In this document: piece after piece, positions 24,595-36,844 of the stretch
How positions within the stretch are numbered: position 1 is the first letter of the stretch
Layout: each line of letters starts with the position of its first letter
Assembly (NCBI GenBank): GCA_024137785.1
Contig: JAHRHZ010000051.1
Location: 9,889,048 to 9,953,047, forward strand
Reading direction: 5' to 3'
Length of the DNA stretch: 64,000 bases
Origin: Ginglymostoma cirratum
Taxonomy: Eukaryota
The notes under the pieces: generated by a model
Told to the model about the DNA's origin: nothing
The model's database searches: none
What the model saw: only the letters and a program-made list of their open reading frames with translations
Position numbers and translations under genes: made by a program

Positions 24595-25234
24595 CAGATC
24601 CAAGATGGCGGGTGGAGTAGGACTCCTTGGCTAGAGCTCCTCTGCTCTGTTCGTTTCTTTTCTATTTTTCTCTCTCTTTTCTCTTTTGTGTTTTTTCCCT
24701 TCTTTCTTCTCGGCGATGTCCTGAACTCCCAGCCTCAGCGGACTCGCACTCCGGACTCAGCGCAGACCGGGCATGGTGATCTCCCAGCCCAAAGTGATGG
24801 CCTCTTATTGGCCCAGTATAGCAGTTGCTCGGTGGCCCGGTGTGGCGTTCTTTCTGTCCAGCATGGCCTCAGCGTGGACTTCCGGCCTTGAGATGATTCC
24901 AAAGTGGTCTCCCAGCCATGAGAACTTTGATATGAAGACTGGCGCAGTCTGGATCAAGGCCTGGTGTGGACTAGGGGCTGGGTGCCAGAGTGGACTGGAT
25001 TGGAAGGACTGTTATTCTGAACTTCTTATTTCTTTATTTTTCAAATTAATTCATAGGCTCTGAAATGCTGGACTTTTTATTTCCTTATTTTTCTAACTTT
25101 CTTCCCTAAGAATTTGTACTGAAGAATCTGTACCCAGGTACCTTTCTACCTAAGATAATGCCATAAGTGGCAACTTGTAAACTTTTCACTGTATTGTGTG
25201 AGCACGTATGACAATAAAGCTGATTCTAATTCTA
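24595..25234 (+). mobile_element. Putative non-autonomous retroelement with YY1-motif head and Rex1/Babar-like tail
   Basis: CAAGATGGCG at 24601-24610, CpG-rich body, and 3' cttttcactgta...tgacaataaa followed by a (ATTCT)-like microsatellite. Confidence 0.55.
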
Positions 25235-26402
25235 GTAGACCATACTGTCAGCAAAAGGACAGATCATAGGAACTGGGACCTAAGTTTGTACCAGAGTTAC
25301 CCTTGAATCCAGCATTGTGCTTAGTAAAGGTTGTTGTTGTTCACTGACGTAGATAGAGACTACGTGCTATCAACAAACCAGACATGTTCATACAACGAGA
25401 TGGCAGTGGTTCACAAGCCCTTTATTAGGACTTCCAATCATTGCTTTCAAAAACAGCCAGACATTCGAAGCAGTCAGCCAGCCAGCAAGGATTCTCAGGG
25501 AACCACTGAGCAATAAACAGATTTTAGAGTCGGTGACATCAGAGGAACAGGAAAGTCGACATTTTGGGTTTACACCCTTCATCTGGGGAGGGGGAAGGGA
25601 GCTGCGAAATAAATAGAGTGAGGAGGAATGGGGGTCAGGGAAGGTGGGTAGTATGGTGATACGTGGAAGCCTCTTCCAAGGATGCCAACTTTGAAGAAGT
25701 TATCCTCCTCCCTCTGGAAAGACTTCAGTGGGTCTCTCTCCCACTGCAACCCCCTGGTGATCTCCTCCGCCCTGAAGCTCTTCGACCACATCCTGAAACA
25801 AACCCATTACTATAGCCACATCTCCTTTCCCAGTACCAGTCTACCCAACTGGCCCGTACCCCATGGGCACCAACAACATCCAGACAATTCCAATTTGGAC
25901 CAAACTGTGATAACCGTTATTTACAGTACATCCAGAGCCTCCAGAAACGGTTTTCTCTGCAGATCCTCAGCTCCACACTCACAGCCATATGCTGGCATCT
26001 TCTCTCACTACAGACAGCCCTACCCCAGCTCACAGCCTCTCTCTCCCAGACCTGCAAAGGACCTCTACTGTTTTTGATTCTTCACAGAGTCCATACCCTC
26101 AACCAATGTTTTTTCTCTGCCCAAATGACATCAAGGATTGTAAGTATGCCAAACTCACTTGTACTTACTTCGAAACACAGGCCTCCTCCACTACCCTAGA
26201 CCCCAACCTGATCCACGACCTTCTCCTTAATTCGCTCGGCGCCATTAACCATGCGGTCACCTCAGCTTCTCCCTGTCACTTCTGCTGATGTCGAAAACGC
26301 TGTTTCCACTGCTGACACTGACCATATCGCTACTCTCACTTCCACCCATGTGACCATTCCCATACACGCACCTGCCCCGAGACTGTCTCCACCCCCACCC
26401 CC

Positions 26403-26448
26403 AGCTCCAGCCCTACACCTAGCTCCAGCCCTACACCTAGCTCCAGCC
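26403..26448 (+). repeat. 18-bp tandem repeat (agctccagccctacacct) x2.5 inside the Penelope element
   Basis: Read directly from the sequence. Confidence 0.85.
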
Positions 26449-27592
26449 CCAAGCCCTACCAGCTTTTCATCAACTTCCCCCAGACCCCGCTCTCACTGAG
26501 GACAAATGGTCAGTCCTCAGCAAAGGACTCACCTTCATTTCCCTGTGTCCACATACCAACGAATTCCGCACACATCTGAATGTTGAACTCTTTTTCTGCC
26601 ACCTCCACGCCTATTTCTCTGCAGACCCCTCCTCCCACCTCCAACAAACCCCATCCCCCTGGACACCACCCCACAACCTCCTACCTTCCCTCGACATCTT
26701 CATCTCCAACTGCTGTTGCAACATCAATGAATCTCTCCACCCCGCTCACTCACTCCAACCTCTCCCCAACAGAACATGCAGCCTTCCACTCCAACCCTAA
26801 CCTCACCATCAAACCCGCGGATAAGGGAGGTGCTATAGTGGTATGGCGCACTGACCTTTACATCGCCGAGGCCAGGTGCCAACTCTCTGACACCTCCTCT
26901 TGCTGTCCCCTCGATTATGATCCCACCCTGATCACTAAACCATTGTCTCCCAGGCCATCCATAACCTTATCACCTCAGGAGACTTCCCACCTTCACCTTC
27001 CAACCCTATCGTTCCCCAACCCCGCACCGCCCATTTCTATCTCCTTCCCAAAATCCACAAAGCTGACTGCCCCGGCCAACCTACTGTCTCTGCCTGCTCC
27101 TGCCCCACCGAACTTATCTCCGCTTGCCCTGACTCTGTCTTTTCTCCCCTGGTCTAGGAACTCCCTACCTATATCTAGGACACCATCCATGCCCTTCACC
27201 TCCTCCAAGACTTGCAATTCCCTGCCCCCCAATACCTCATCTTCACTGTGGACATCCAATCCCTGTACACTTGCATTCCCCACGTGAATAGCCTAAAAGC
27301 CCTTCGCCTCTTCCTCTCCCATAGGCCCAACCAGTCCCCCTCCACTGACACCCTCACCCACCTGACGGAACTTGTCCTTACCTCAAAAACTTTTCCTTTA
27401 ACTCCTCCCACTTCCTACGAACTAAAGGAGTGGCTTCTTTGTAGGATACGTGGAACAGTTCTTCTTCTGCTGTTACACTGGCTCTAACCCCCACCTCTTC
27501 CTCTGCTACATCGATGACTGTATTGGCGCTGCCTCATATTCCCATGAGGAGCTTGAACAGTTCATCAACTTTTCTAACACCTTTCACCTCAA

Positions 27593-27708
27593 CATATGGA
27601 TGATAATGGAATAGCGTAGGTTAGATGGGCTTCAGATTGCATCGACCTGTGAAACCAACATCGAGGGCTGAAGGGCCTGTACTGCACTGTAATGTTCTAT
27701 GTTCTATA
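27593..27708 (+). mobile_element. CR1 3' terminus inserted into the Penelope RT
   Basis: ...gagggctgaagggcctgtactgcactgtaatgttctatgttcta tail interrupts the FH..LKFTW motif. Confidence 0.8.
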
Positions 27709-29399
27709 ACCCTCAAATTCACCTGGACCATCTACGATAGCTTCCTCCCCTTCCTGGACCTCTGTCTCCATCTCTGGTGACCGTCTGAGCACCGACATCT
27801 ACTTCAAACCCACTGACTCCCACAGCTACCTAGACTACACCTCCTCTCACCCACCCTCCTTCAAGAATGTGAACCTCTACTCCCAATTCCTCCACCTCCA
27901 CATCTGCTCCCAAGATGGAGAGCTCCACTCCCGCGCATCCCAAATGTCTTCTTACTTTAAGGACTGCAACCTGCCCTCTCTGTTGATCCACAATGCCCTC
28001 AATTGCATCTCTTGCATTTCCTGCCCTTCTGCCCTTATACCCTCTCCCCCAACAAAAATAAAGACAGAATCCTGCTTGTCTCCATCCCACCGACCTCCGC
28101 ATCCAGCGTATCATCCTCCACCACTTCCAACACCTACAATCTAAGCCCACCACCGAAGAGATATTTCCCTCCCTATCCCGGTCTGCCTTTAATAGGGACC
28201 ACTCTCTCCAAGACTCCGTCATCCACTTTACACTCCCCACCAACCCCACCACACCCGGCACCTTTCCCTGCAACCGCAGGAGGGTCTACACCTGCCTTAC
28301 ACTTCTCCCCTCACTTCCATGCAAGGCCCAAGACAAACTTTCCAAATCCGATAGGGGCTAACCCGTACATCCTCTGATCTGATCCGCTGTATCCATTGCT
28401 CCCAATGTGGCCTCCTCTATAATCGGTGAGACCAAGGTTAGACTTTGTGACCAATTTGCGGAACATCTGCACTCTGTATGCTATAATCAACAACACTTTC
28501 CGGTCGCCAACCATTTAAACTCCCCCTCCCACTCCCTGGGTGATATGTTCATCCTGAGCCTCCTCCAGTGCCACAATGACACCACCTGCAAACTGGAGGA
28601 GCAGCACCTCATATTCCGCCTTGGGAGCCTACCGCCCAATGGCCTAAACATAGAATTCACCAGTTTCAACATCTCCTCACCCTTGGCCTCATCCCCTATC
28701 CAATCCTCCCCCTAATCGCCACTTCCTTGATGGGACACAACCTGTCCATCTTGCCTCGCACCTATCCGGCTTACCATCCCACTACTCCCTACCTACACTC
28801 ACCATCCCACCTACTTTCCCCCAGCTCCATCCCCCCTCCCTGTATAAATTTCCCAGCCCCCATCCCCCTCCCCAGTCCTGATAAAGGGTGTAAATCCGAA
28901 ACACCAACTTTCCTGCTCCTCTGATGCTGCCTGGCCTGCTGTGTTCCTCCAGCTCCAGACTGTGTTATCTCTGACTCCAGCATCTATAGTTCTTGCTATC
29001 TCCAAGGTTTTAGAATAGGGCAGTGCTGTGGCCAGGAAGGAACTCCACAATTCATCAGCCATACAGTGAGGACGTGGGGAAAGCCCACAGCAGGGAACAT
29101 ACTGACAGCTCCCACTTGAGACTGCAGAAGACAGAAAACTAGAGAATCAGCTAGCTGGCCAGTGAGTGCTCAGCGAGCAACTACAATATGTAGAGCTGGG
29201 CCATAAAGGCAAACACAGAAGTTCCGACACCACAAAGCACAGAGAAGGGCGAACACAGTCAACACCATTGCCTTGGGTCTACATGGCAGCTGAGAGGACC
29301 CTATTGACAGGAGATTTGCCCAGTAAATAAATGTAAGGGTCAGGAGTGGCAATGAAAGAAGTCATTTCAGAACAGTCTGACCCAGATAAAGAATTAAAA

Positions 29400-31300
29400 A
29401 CAGCTCACAAGAGTCTGCAAGTGTCTGAGGATTTGAGGTCGCTAAGGATCAAGATAAAATTTTCTTGGGGGTATATGACAGAGCCATTGCTGGATTTCTG
29501 ATAACCTGGTTTCTCAAACCCACAAGATGAATTCCAGTTTGATAATATCTTGGTTAACAGTGAAAAAGCTATTTTATTACAGATAAAGGAACCGTGATAT
29601 CCATATTCTTTCACGATCTCAGAGTCTCATAATCCAGCATAAATGTGCAACCTGCATAAATTCAAATAAACACTAAGGCATTAGACTTTGACTGAAGGCA
29701 AGTGCTTCAATATAGGAAGATTTATTGTCAGTCCACAGGAAATTGATTAGAGAAAAAAATACTAACTTACAACTGAAACAAAAATTACAGGAAATATCCG
29801 TAGGTCATGTACAGAGACAGCCATGCTTCTTGAGAATTTGGCAAAAGAAAGATGCTTTGATGATGAATAAAGACTTTTCATTGAAATATTCAAAACCTAA
29901 AGTTCAATATGAATCTCTCACTAACGAGAACACTCTGCTGCAATCAACAAATGGTGAACTTAGATCTGCAAAACAGACTTCTGAAAAAATGGAGCAATTT
30001 AGTTTAAGTCTGCCTAAGACTATCCTTGAAAAGCAAGCCTTCACTTATCAAAGGTACGACCCGCAGACTGATCGTGATCCTTTGAAGAAGTAATTGGAAA
30101 AAAGGAAAGAAAATGCAAGATCTATACTCTCAAATCAAACTAGTCCAAACCCTCACACTAGATTAAGAAATGTAGGGAGGTGACCTGCTATTGTCCAGCG
30201 TTCCATCAAGTTGACAGATCAGAGTATTGCAGAAGAGCTTCTTAGGGGTCCCATTCCCAATAGGGGAAACTTAGAAGGCCCACTTTTATTAGGTTCTGAT
30301 TAAGGAATGCCCGACGAACCAATTTCTTGGTAAACAGTAGAAATAGTGACAGTGTGACTTCAATTTTCCCAGTATCCCAAAGAACCTGGTCCTCCAGTTG
30401 AAGTATGTGTGAAGTTGAGTTGTTTTTTTTACTCGTACGGCTGTGAAGTGTCCCAGGGGAACTTCTTTTTCTAAGGTAGCTGTTGCCGTCTCCCCATCTC
30501 CCCCCACCCACCATTGTGCAATGCAGAACAGAAGAAAATCTCATCCTGGGTCTATAACCGTTCTCTTTACTGTTTTTTTGATACTCCAAGTTTTGAAGAT
30601 TTGCTTCTTGGAAGGTTCTTTGAATTTTTTGCACTACTTTTTTACTCAGATCATTGTCAGTGCCACAGCTCAGCTAATGTCAAAGGCTGGAATCGGATCC
30701 TGCTGAAGTTTGTTCCCTTCCAAAGACAACAGCATAGATTGCAGACATCTCATTCTTCCTCAAAAAGGGTCAAGAATATTGTTGACAATTGATGCCTTAG
30801 CAGGGGAAACTCCTTAAGGAGGCAAGTGGGGCTAAGAGGAAAATACTATTGGTTAACTTTAACGGTTCAAAGGAAAATGTTAATGGTCGAATGTTAGTGG
30901 CTCAAAAACATTGAATGAAAGATTTGAGAGAGGTGAGGTAACAATGGTATAATGGGATAATAAATACTATGATCAGTTGGTCAGTGAGATCAAATTACAT
31001 GGAACTGAGACCAGAGAGTGTCAGGTTCCAGAAATGCCTTCTCTTGTATATGGTGTTAATAAGATTGTAATAAAGATTGTTGATTTTTGCTGCCACAGGA
31101 GTGAATTACCTTCTATCACTAATCCAGACCATGTAGTAGATCTCCAATAAATGGAGTATCTCCTATCATCACCCCAGCTTTGGGGATTGCAGTACTCAAC
31201 ATAGTTTGACTCTAAATGGACAGTTCATTATACTGTGCTACCTCGAACGGGAACAGGACACTGTTCCACATTTCACGGGCTGGCTGACAGATCACCCATG
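29400..31300 (+). mobile_element. Highly decayed LTR-retroelement/ERV-like internal sequence
   Basis: Coiled-coil-like ORF 29725-30093; RPTFI...FLVNSR..SV at about 30276-30360 (protease-like); TLNGQ/YTVLPR...PTFH at about 31205-31280 (RT-like). The order fits gag-pro-pol. Confidence 0.35.
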
Positions 31301-31432
31301 CCACACAATGAGGTAAAGATCTGACAAGAATCTCTCTGCTTTATGCCACCCCTCCCCAAACCATCACAACATCCATGTCCATTCATTTTAATCAACTACC
31401 CACTTCAAAACCACTGGAACCAGAAAATGTTT

Positions 31433-31536
31433 ATGAACAAAAACAAAGTTGCTGGAAAAGCTCAGCAGGTCTGGCAGCATCTGTGAAGGAGAAAACAGAG
31501 TTAATGTTTCGGGTCCGGTGACCTTTCCTCAGAATT
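31433..31536 (-). mobile_element. Family-B short element with hammerhead motif
   Basis: Minus strand CTGAGGA-A-AGGTC-ACCG-GACCC-GAAACATT-AACTCTG. TSD-like agaaaatgttt (31422-31432) and agataatgttt (31537-31547). Confidence 0.85.
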
Positions 31537-31999
31537 AGATAATGTTTGTTTTCTATGCTTCTCTTTAAGTGCTACTTTTAAAACAAAGACTTGAGTTTCC
31601 ACAGCACCTTTTCGAGATCCTATGGCTCTTCACACACAATGAATTGCTTTGAAATGGCATGTAGCAGACGTGTTGACTGTTCAGCAAGACCAATGAGTCA
31701 GGGCTTTCTGATTGGCTGTATATTTCATGCTCTTGAGCTGAAACTGGTCAAAGTTAGAGAATGGAGTGAGGGAACAGAGTTTAAGCTACACTGCACGTTC
31801 TGGATGTACGTCTCCCTGACAGACTGTGAACTAATCGAGGCTTCGAAACTAATGCAGCACATTTATCTGCACTTTCAACAGAAAGGACAGCCTCCAGTTT
31901 TTCCCATCATTTTTCCAGTCTCCACTCCCACCAGCTCACCTTCAATTTATAAAGGAACATGAATTCAAAATAACAGAAATGGTTGCATCAGTATCTAGA

Positions 32000-32460
32000 G
32001 GGATGCACTGATGTGGTTTTAATGTTGCAAGATTAGCAATCCAGAAACCCAGACTAATAGACGTGGACAATCAGAGCTAGTGCTCGGAGGACATGGGTTC
32101 CAATCCCACCAGGACCATTGAAAATTACATTAAGAATTTGGAATTAAAAACTGGTCGCAGTTAAAACCTAGGGAAAGAAATGGGCCATTCTTGGTTGGCC
32201 AACATGTGACTCCAGCTCCACAGCAATGCTAAACAAAAACCGAAAAAACTCCAAATGCCGTAAATCAGGAACAAAATTTCTTCACAGCTGCTGCCAGACC
32301 TACTGAGCTTTTCCAGTTACTCCTGTTTTTGTTCCACAATAATGCTGTTGACATTGAAATCTCTTCTGAAATGGCCTAGTAAGAAATTCTGTTCAGCTGC
32401 AATTGATGATCGGCTATAAATGCTGGCTTCCATGGTGACGCTTAAAACCACAATAAAGAA
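32000..32460 (+). mobile_element. tRNA-SINE interrupted by an internally deleted fold-back family-B element (about 32231-32335)
   Basis: SINE head and tail motifs. The insert is flanked by tccacagcaatgct and tccacaataatgct. Confidence 0.75.
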
Positions 32461-32594
32461 AGTATCAAGTTAAAATAAGCAAATGTGAGCACACAGATAT
32501 ATTGAAGATAGTTTCATACTGACTATTGCTGAGACTAGCTTTCAACTCCAGATTTATTACTTTTTTCAATTCATTGATTCAGCTGCTGTGGTCG

Positions 32595-32925
32595 TAGAGT
32601 CATAGAGATGTACAGCACGGAAACAGACCCTTCAGCCCAACTTGTCTATGTTGACCAGATATCCTCAATTAATCCAGTTCCATTTGCCAGCATTTGGTCC
32701 ATAACTCTCCAAACCCTTCCTATTCCATATGCGCATCTGGATGCCTCTCAAACGTTGTAATTATACCAGCCTCCACCACTTCCTCTGGCAGTTCATTCCA
32801 TACACGCACCACCTGCATAAAAAAGTTGCCCCTTGGGTTCCTTTTAAAGCTTTCCCCTCTCACCTTAACCTTATGCCCTCTAGTTTTGGAATCACCTACC
32901 CTAGGAAAAATACTTTGTCTGTTCA
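32595..32925 (-). mobile_element. CR1 3' fragment
   Basis: ORF 32720-32932: FPRVGDSKTRGHKVKVRGE...WNELPEEVVEAG. Confidence 0.85.
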
Positions 32926-34439
32926 ACACCATCTGAACACAGAGTATTAACCAGGCCCTCTAACAGTCTAATGAAATTACCACTATGCCATTGTGCCCTC
33001 CTGATACCAGCTCCTATTTCTCATATTTTTAATTGATGTCCATGCAGCTGACAAAATGAGCTCAATTTATCAATTATCATGTGGCTTGATGCCACACTAT
33101 GGGTTTGGGCTCAAGACAGATGTTCCAGGACAAGGTGAAGCCAAGGACTATCTTCCAGCTTAAACTTCAAAGTAATGTTATTTATTACACATTAATACAG
33201 AATACTGCTATACATTGTAATCAGGCTCTGACTTACAGTTACAGGAGGTAAAAACTAATCTATTTTCTTCATATGTTCAATTCAGTGTGCTCCCTGTATT
33301 TCTTCCAGACAGTAGAAACCTTTGGGCAGTCAGGTCAAGTATTCTGAAAGAGTGTTCTAACTCCACCCACTCCATAGTATTTATATTCAGTGATGTGCAG
33401 TTCTGTAACTTCATCACGAGGTTGCTTTGGGCCTTATTGTCCATACACAACAATTTGAGAGCCTGAATGTGGATCTCGCAATTTCACACTGGGGACACGG
33501 TTGTTGAGTTGAACGTGACTTGAATTGGATGCGTTGGATTTCAAACTGGGGATAAAAAAAATCTCTCAAGCACAACTCACTGGCGTTTCAAATTCCTCAA
33601 AAACTTCATGCTAATTGAATCACAAACTAGACTTCCTCTGTCACACATTGGTCTGGTCTGGTCTGTGTTGTTCTGGCAAGAAAAGCGCAAGTTTTTTCAG
33701 CTTTCCTTTGCATTTCCTCAACTAGGCTGCATCGTGTGAAAGTATGCCGCATTGTACCAAATAGCCTCAATCACCTTACTTTAACGTGGAGCTTTGTATT
33801 GTATTTAGCGCCTGGATCCAGGGTTCATATCAACTTAGCATTGTCTCTTGGATTCTACATCCTGTAGGTCTGGAAATAAACTTTGAATTCCAATAGCCAT
33901 TTTTAAATAAAAAGGTGACTTGATGAGTAATTTGAACTTGCTGCTCATGTATTTGGCCACTTGGTGGCACCAGTGACCTAGAAAACATATCAGCAAACAA
34001 TCAGCCGTAACGAACAACACCCACTTTGAAGATATTCAGAAACACTTTGGATGTCTATCCCAGCCCAGTCCTGGTAGGTCAATAGGGCAATGTCCGGCTT
34101 GTGCTGATTTAGCTGATCTCAGGAAGGGTTGTGCTGACGGAGCAGAGGAAAGAGCTGCTGTTATTCTTGCCTTGAAGCAATCCTGGCACAGAACCTTGCC
34201 CATTGGGAGTGCCTGCCCCACCTATCTGCCTCATCAGGATTTTCCCAGTATAAAATGGTACAGATAGGGCCCCATGGATAAGTCCCTGTGCCTAACCCTA
34301 TGAAGACTCACTGTACATGACAAGATAAGGTGGGGCTTGCTCAAAACGGACCGCATACTTGAGTAATCCATCAACACAGAGTTGGCTGTGAAGAATCGCC
34401 ACATGTGTGAGGCTCTGAAAAACCTCATGATTCAGTAAT

Positions 34440-35230
34440 CCACATGATGCGTAATTTGATATTCCTCCCATTGCACTTAATTCACTTATGGAAGCAAAAT
34501 TTCAGTATTTTACCGAATGTAGTTGTCAAACTGCAGCACCATGTAGTGCAATGCACTGACGACACAACTACTTCCAAAAATGAACTGTCCCATTCTTTGT
34601 CAATCCCTCAGCAGAGCTGAATTCTCCAGTAGCAATCTTGACAGACTTCTTCGAAATTTTTTTTGTTTTGCACGGGGTGTTGCTGGAAGTGCAAGCTGAT
34701 AACAAGGAGAACTGAGCATCTGGGCAAAAAACTGCATCTATCCTTCGCCAGAATGCGGGATTGAGGAGAAGATGCGAGGTACTCCACGTTAATGAACTCG
34801 ATGTCAAATAAGGAACAGAAAAAGAAAATGAGGGAGAGGTGAAAGAACAAATGAAACGAGGGTTAGCAGAGAGAGAATAGAAAAGGTTTGAATATTGACA
34901 TTGTTTGGACTTCATTAAAAGTTTTACTGTGAATAAAGCATCATCTGTATACACTAAAGTGACAAGTAGCTACAACATCCTGTAGCTGTTGCTCGTACAA
35001 ACATGTTAATTCTTTAACATGAGGTGGTTCATCAAATACAATTGTCACACACACAGTGAATGCCTCCACTCTCTCATCAAACATTGGCGACAAACTGTTC
35101 CCCATTAACACCCCAATTAACATTCCAATTTTATGTTCCCTCACCCAGCTATGTCCCACTTCATAATTCATCTTCCAATGGAACTATGCCATCCTGACTG
35201 TAATTGTTGCTCCGAACTCTGTTTTCACTG
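34440..35230 (-). pseudogene. Divergent reverse-transcriptase fossil, possibly a second Penelope-like lineage
   Basis: MNYEVG...GVLMGNSLSPMF, then after a frameshift YTDDALF, then SVPYL and VVSSVHCTTWCCSLTTTF. The order fits RT motifs B' and C, LPFLD, and the thumb. Confidence 0.5.
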
Positions 35231-35989
35231 AGCACAGGCACATCTCACATTTCTACTGCCACCGTAGGTCTGAACCTTCCATTATGATTGGCAACTTGCC
35301 AATCACAGGAAAAACTTGCACATCAGTTATTAGACAATTACAAATTCTTCTCAATCATGGTTTTAAAAAAAAAAAACCATGCCTTCCAACAATTCCAGCC
35401 TCTAAAAAGAGTCCTAATCTCACTGCATCTTGATCACGCCCACTATCTTTTTTGTCTGTAACATATTGATCGTGTTAGTTATCCAATTCCTCAAACACAA
35501 ACTTCACCTAAACACACTTTAACAGCCCCAATGAAACCAATGGAATAAGCCCCTTTTTTGTTTAGAAAGAGGGGAAAATGTAACAACAAGTTCCAACATA
35601 CCATTTCCCTTTCACCATGCCAATCTGCAGATATAACATTTGTGTTGACATGACGGGCAGCACAGTATTCTGTGGAAGGGATGGTGTATTGGTATTACTT
35701 CACAGTCGCTGGATGAAAATCCTGACCCCCCCTCCACTGTCTTTGTGGGTCTGCCTGCAGCACATGGACTACAGCTGTTCAAGAAGGCAGCTCACTACCA
35801 CCTTCTTAAGGGTAATGAAAAATGGACAATACAGCCTGGTCCAACCAACAATGTGCACATCCCGTGGATGAATTCAAAAGCATAACTGAGCTGCATTTCT
35901 GGTGCTGTGTTCTGAATATCCTTCTCTCTGCAAAGCAAGGAAAAATAAATACATTTTGACAGAGATGGCTCTTCTCCCTTGGGCTCCTT

Positions 35990-36555
35990 CATATAATCAT
36001 ACAGCATGGAAATAGACCCTTTGTTCAACCAGTCCACACTGACCAGGTTCCCAAACTAAACTAGTCCCATTTGCCTGTGCTTGGCCCATATCCCTTCAAA
36101 CCTTTTCTATTCATGTACTTATCCAAATGTCTTTTAAACATTGTAACTCTACCCGCATCCACCGATCTTCGGGCAGTTCATTCCACACAAAAACTACTAT
36201 TTGTGTAAAAAAGTTACCCCACACATCTTTAAATTTTTCTCCTCTCACTTTAAAAATATGCCCCCCTGGTTTTGAACTCCCCCACTATAAAGGTGAATGA
36301 CAGGGGTCTTTTCTCTATCTATAACCCTCATGATTTTATAAACCTCAGTAAGATCTCCCCTCAACATCCTACGTTCCAGTGAAAAAGGTCACAGCCCTTT
36401 GAGTCCATTTTTATATCTCGAACCCTCTACTCCTGGCAAATCTTTTCTGAACCCTCTCCAGTTTAAGAACATCCTTCCTGTAACAGGGCAACAAGTTATT
36501 AATTAGTACTCCAGAAGAGGCCTCACCAACATCCTGTACAACCGCAACATGACTT
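35990..36555 (-). mobile_element. CR1 3' fragment
   Basis: CR1 3'UTR and reverse-strand ORF2 C-terminal motifs. Confidence 0.8.
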
Positions 36556-36844
36556 TACTCAAAATTCATCTCTTTCTCCAGCCCCGTTCAGCCGAGTACT
36601 GCCGCTGATCTTGATCCTTCTTGTATAATGCATTGGGGGAAATCCACTAATTGCAACAAAAACAACGAAAGGGGCATTTCCAAACTGTTATACTGTCTGG
36701 AAAAAGAAAAAGTTCACCATTGGCAACAGATTGATCTAGATGGGCCAGTGCTGCTGAATACACCATCATACGTTACGGATACAGGTGTGGTACTAACCCT
36801 TTTCATTAATAAAACGTTCAGTAAATTGGAGACAAAAACTATAT

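Larger units (their letters stand above)
25520..29010 (+). mobile_element. Near full-length, frameshifted Penelope-like element (RT plus GIY-YIG) with inverted terminal copy
   Basis: LTIKPADKGGAIVVW, PKIHK, DIQSLYTCIPH, YIDDC (about 27507-27521), LPFLD, IGETKVRLCDQFAEHL, VANHLN, EEQHLIFRLGSLPPNGLN. Decayed hammerhead at 28878-28905. 25531-25640 is an inverted copy of about 28820-28930. Confidence 0.92.
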
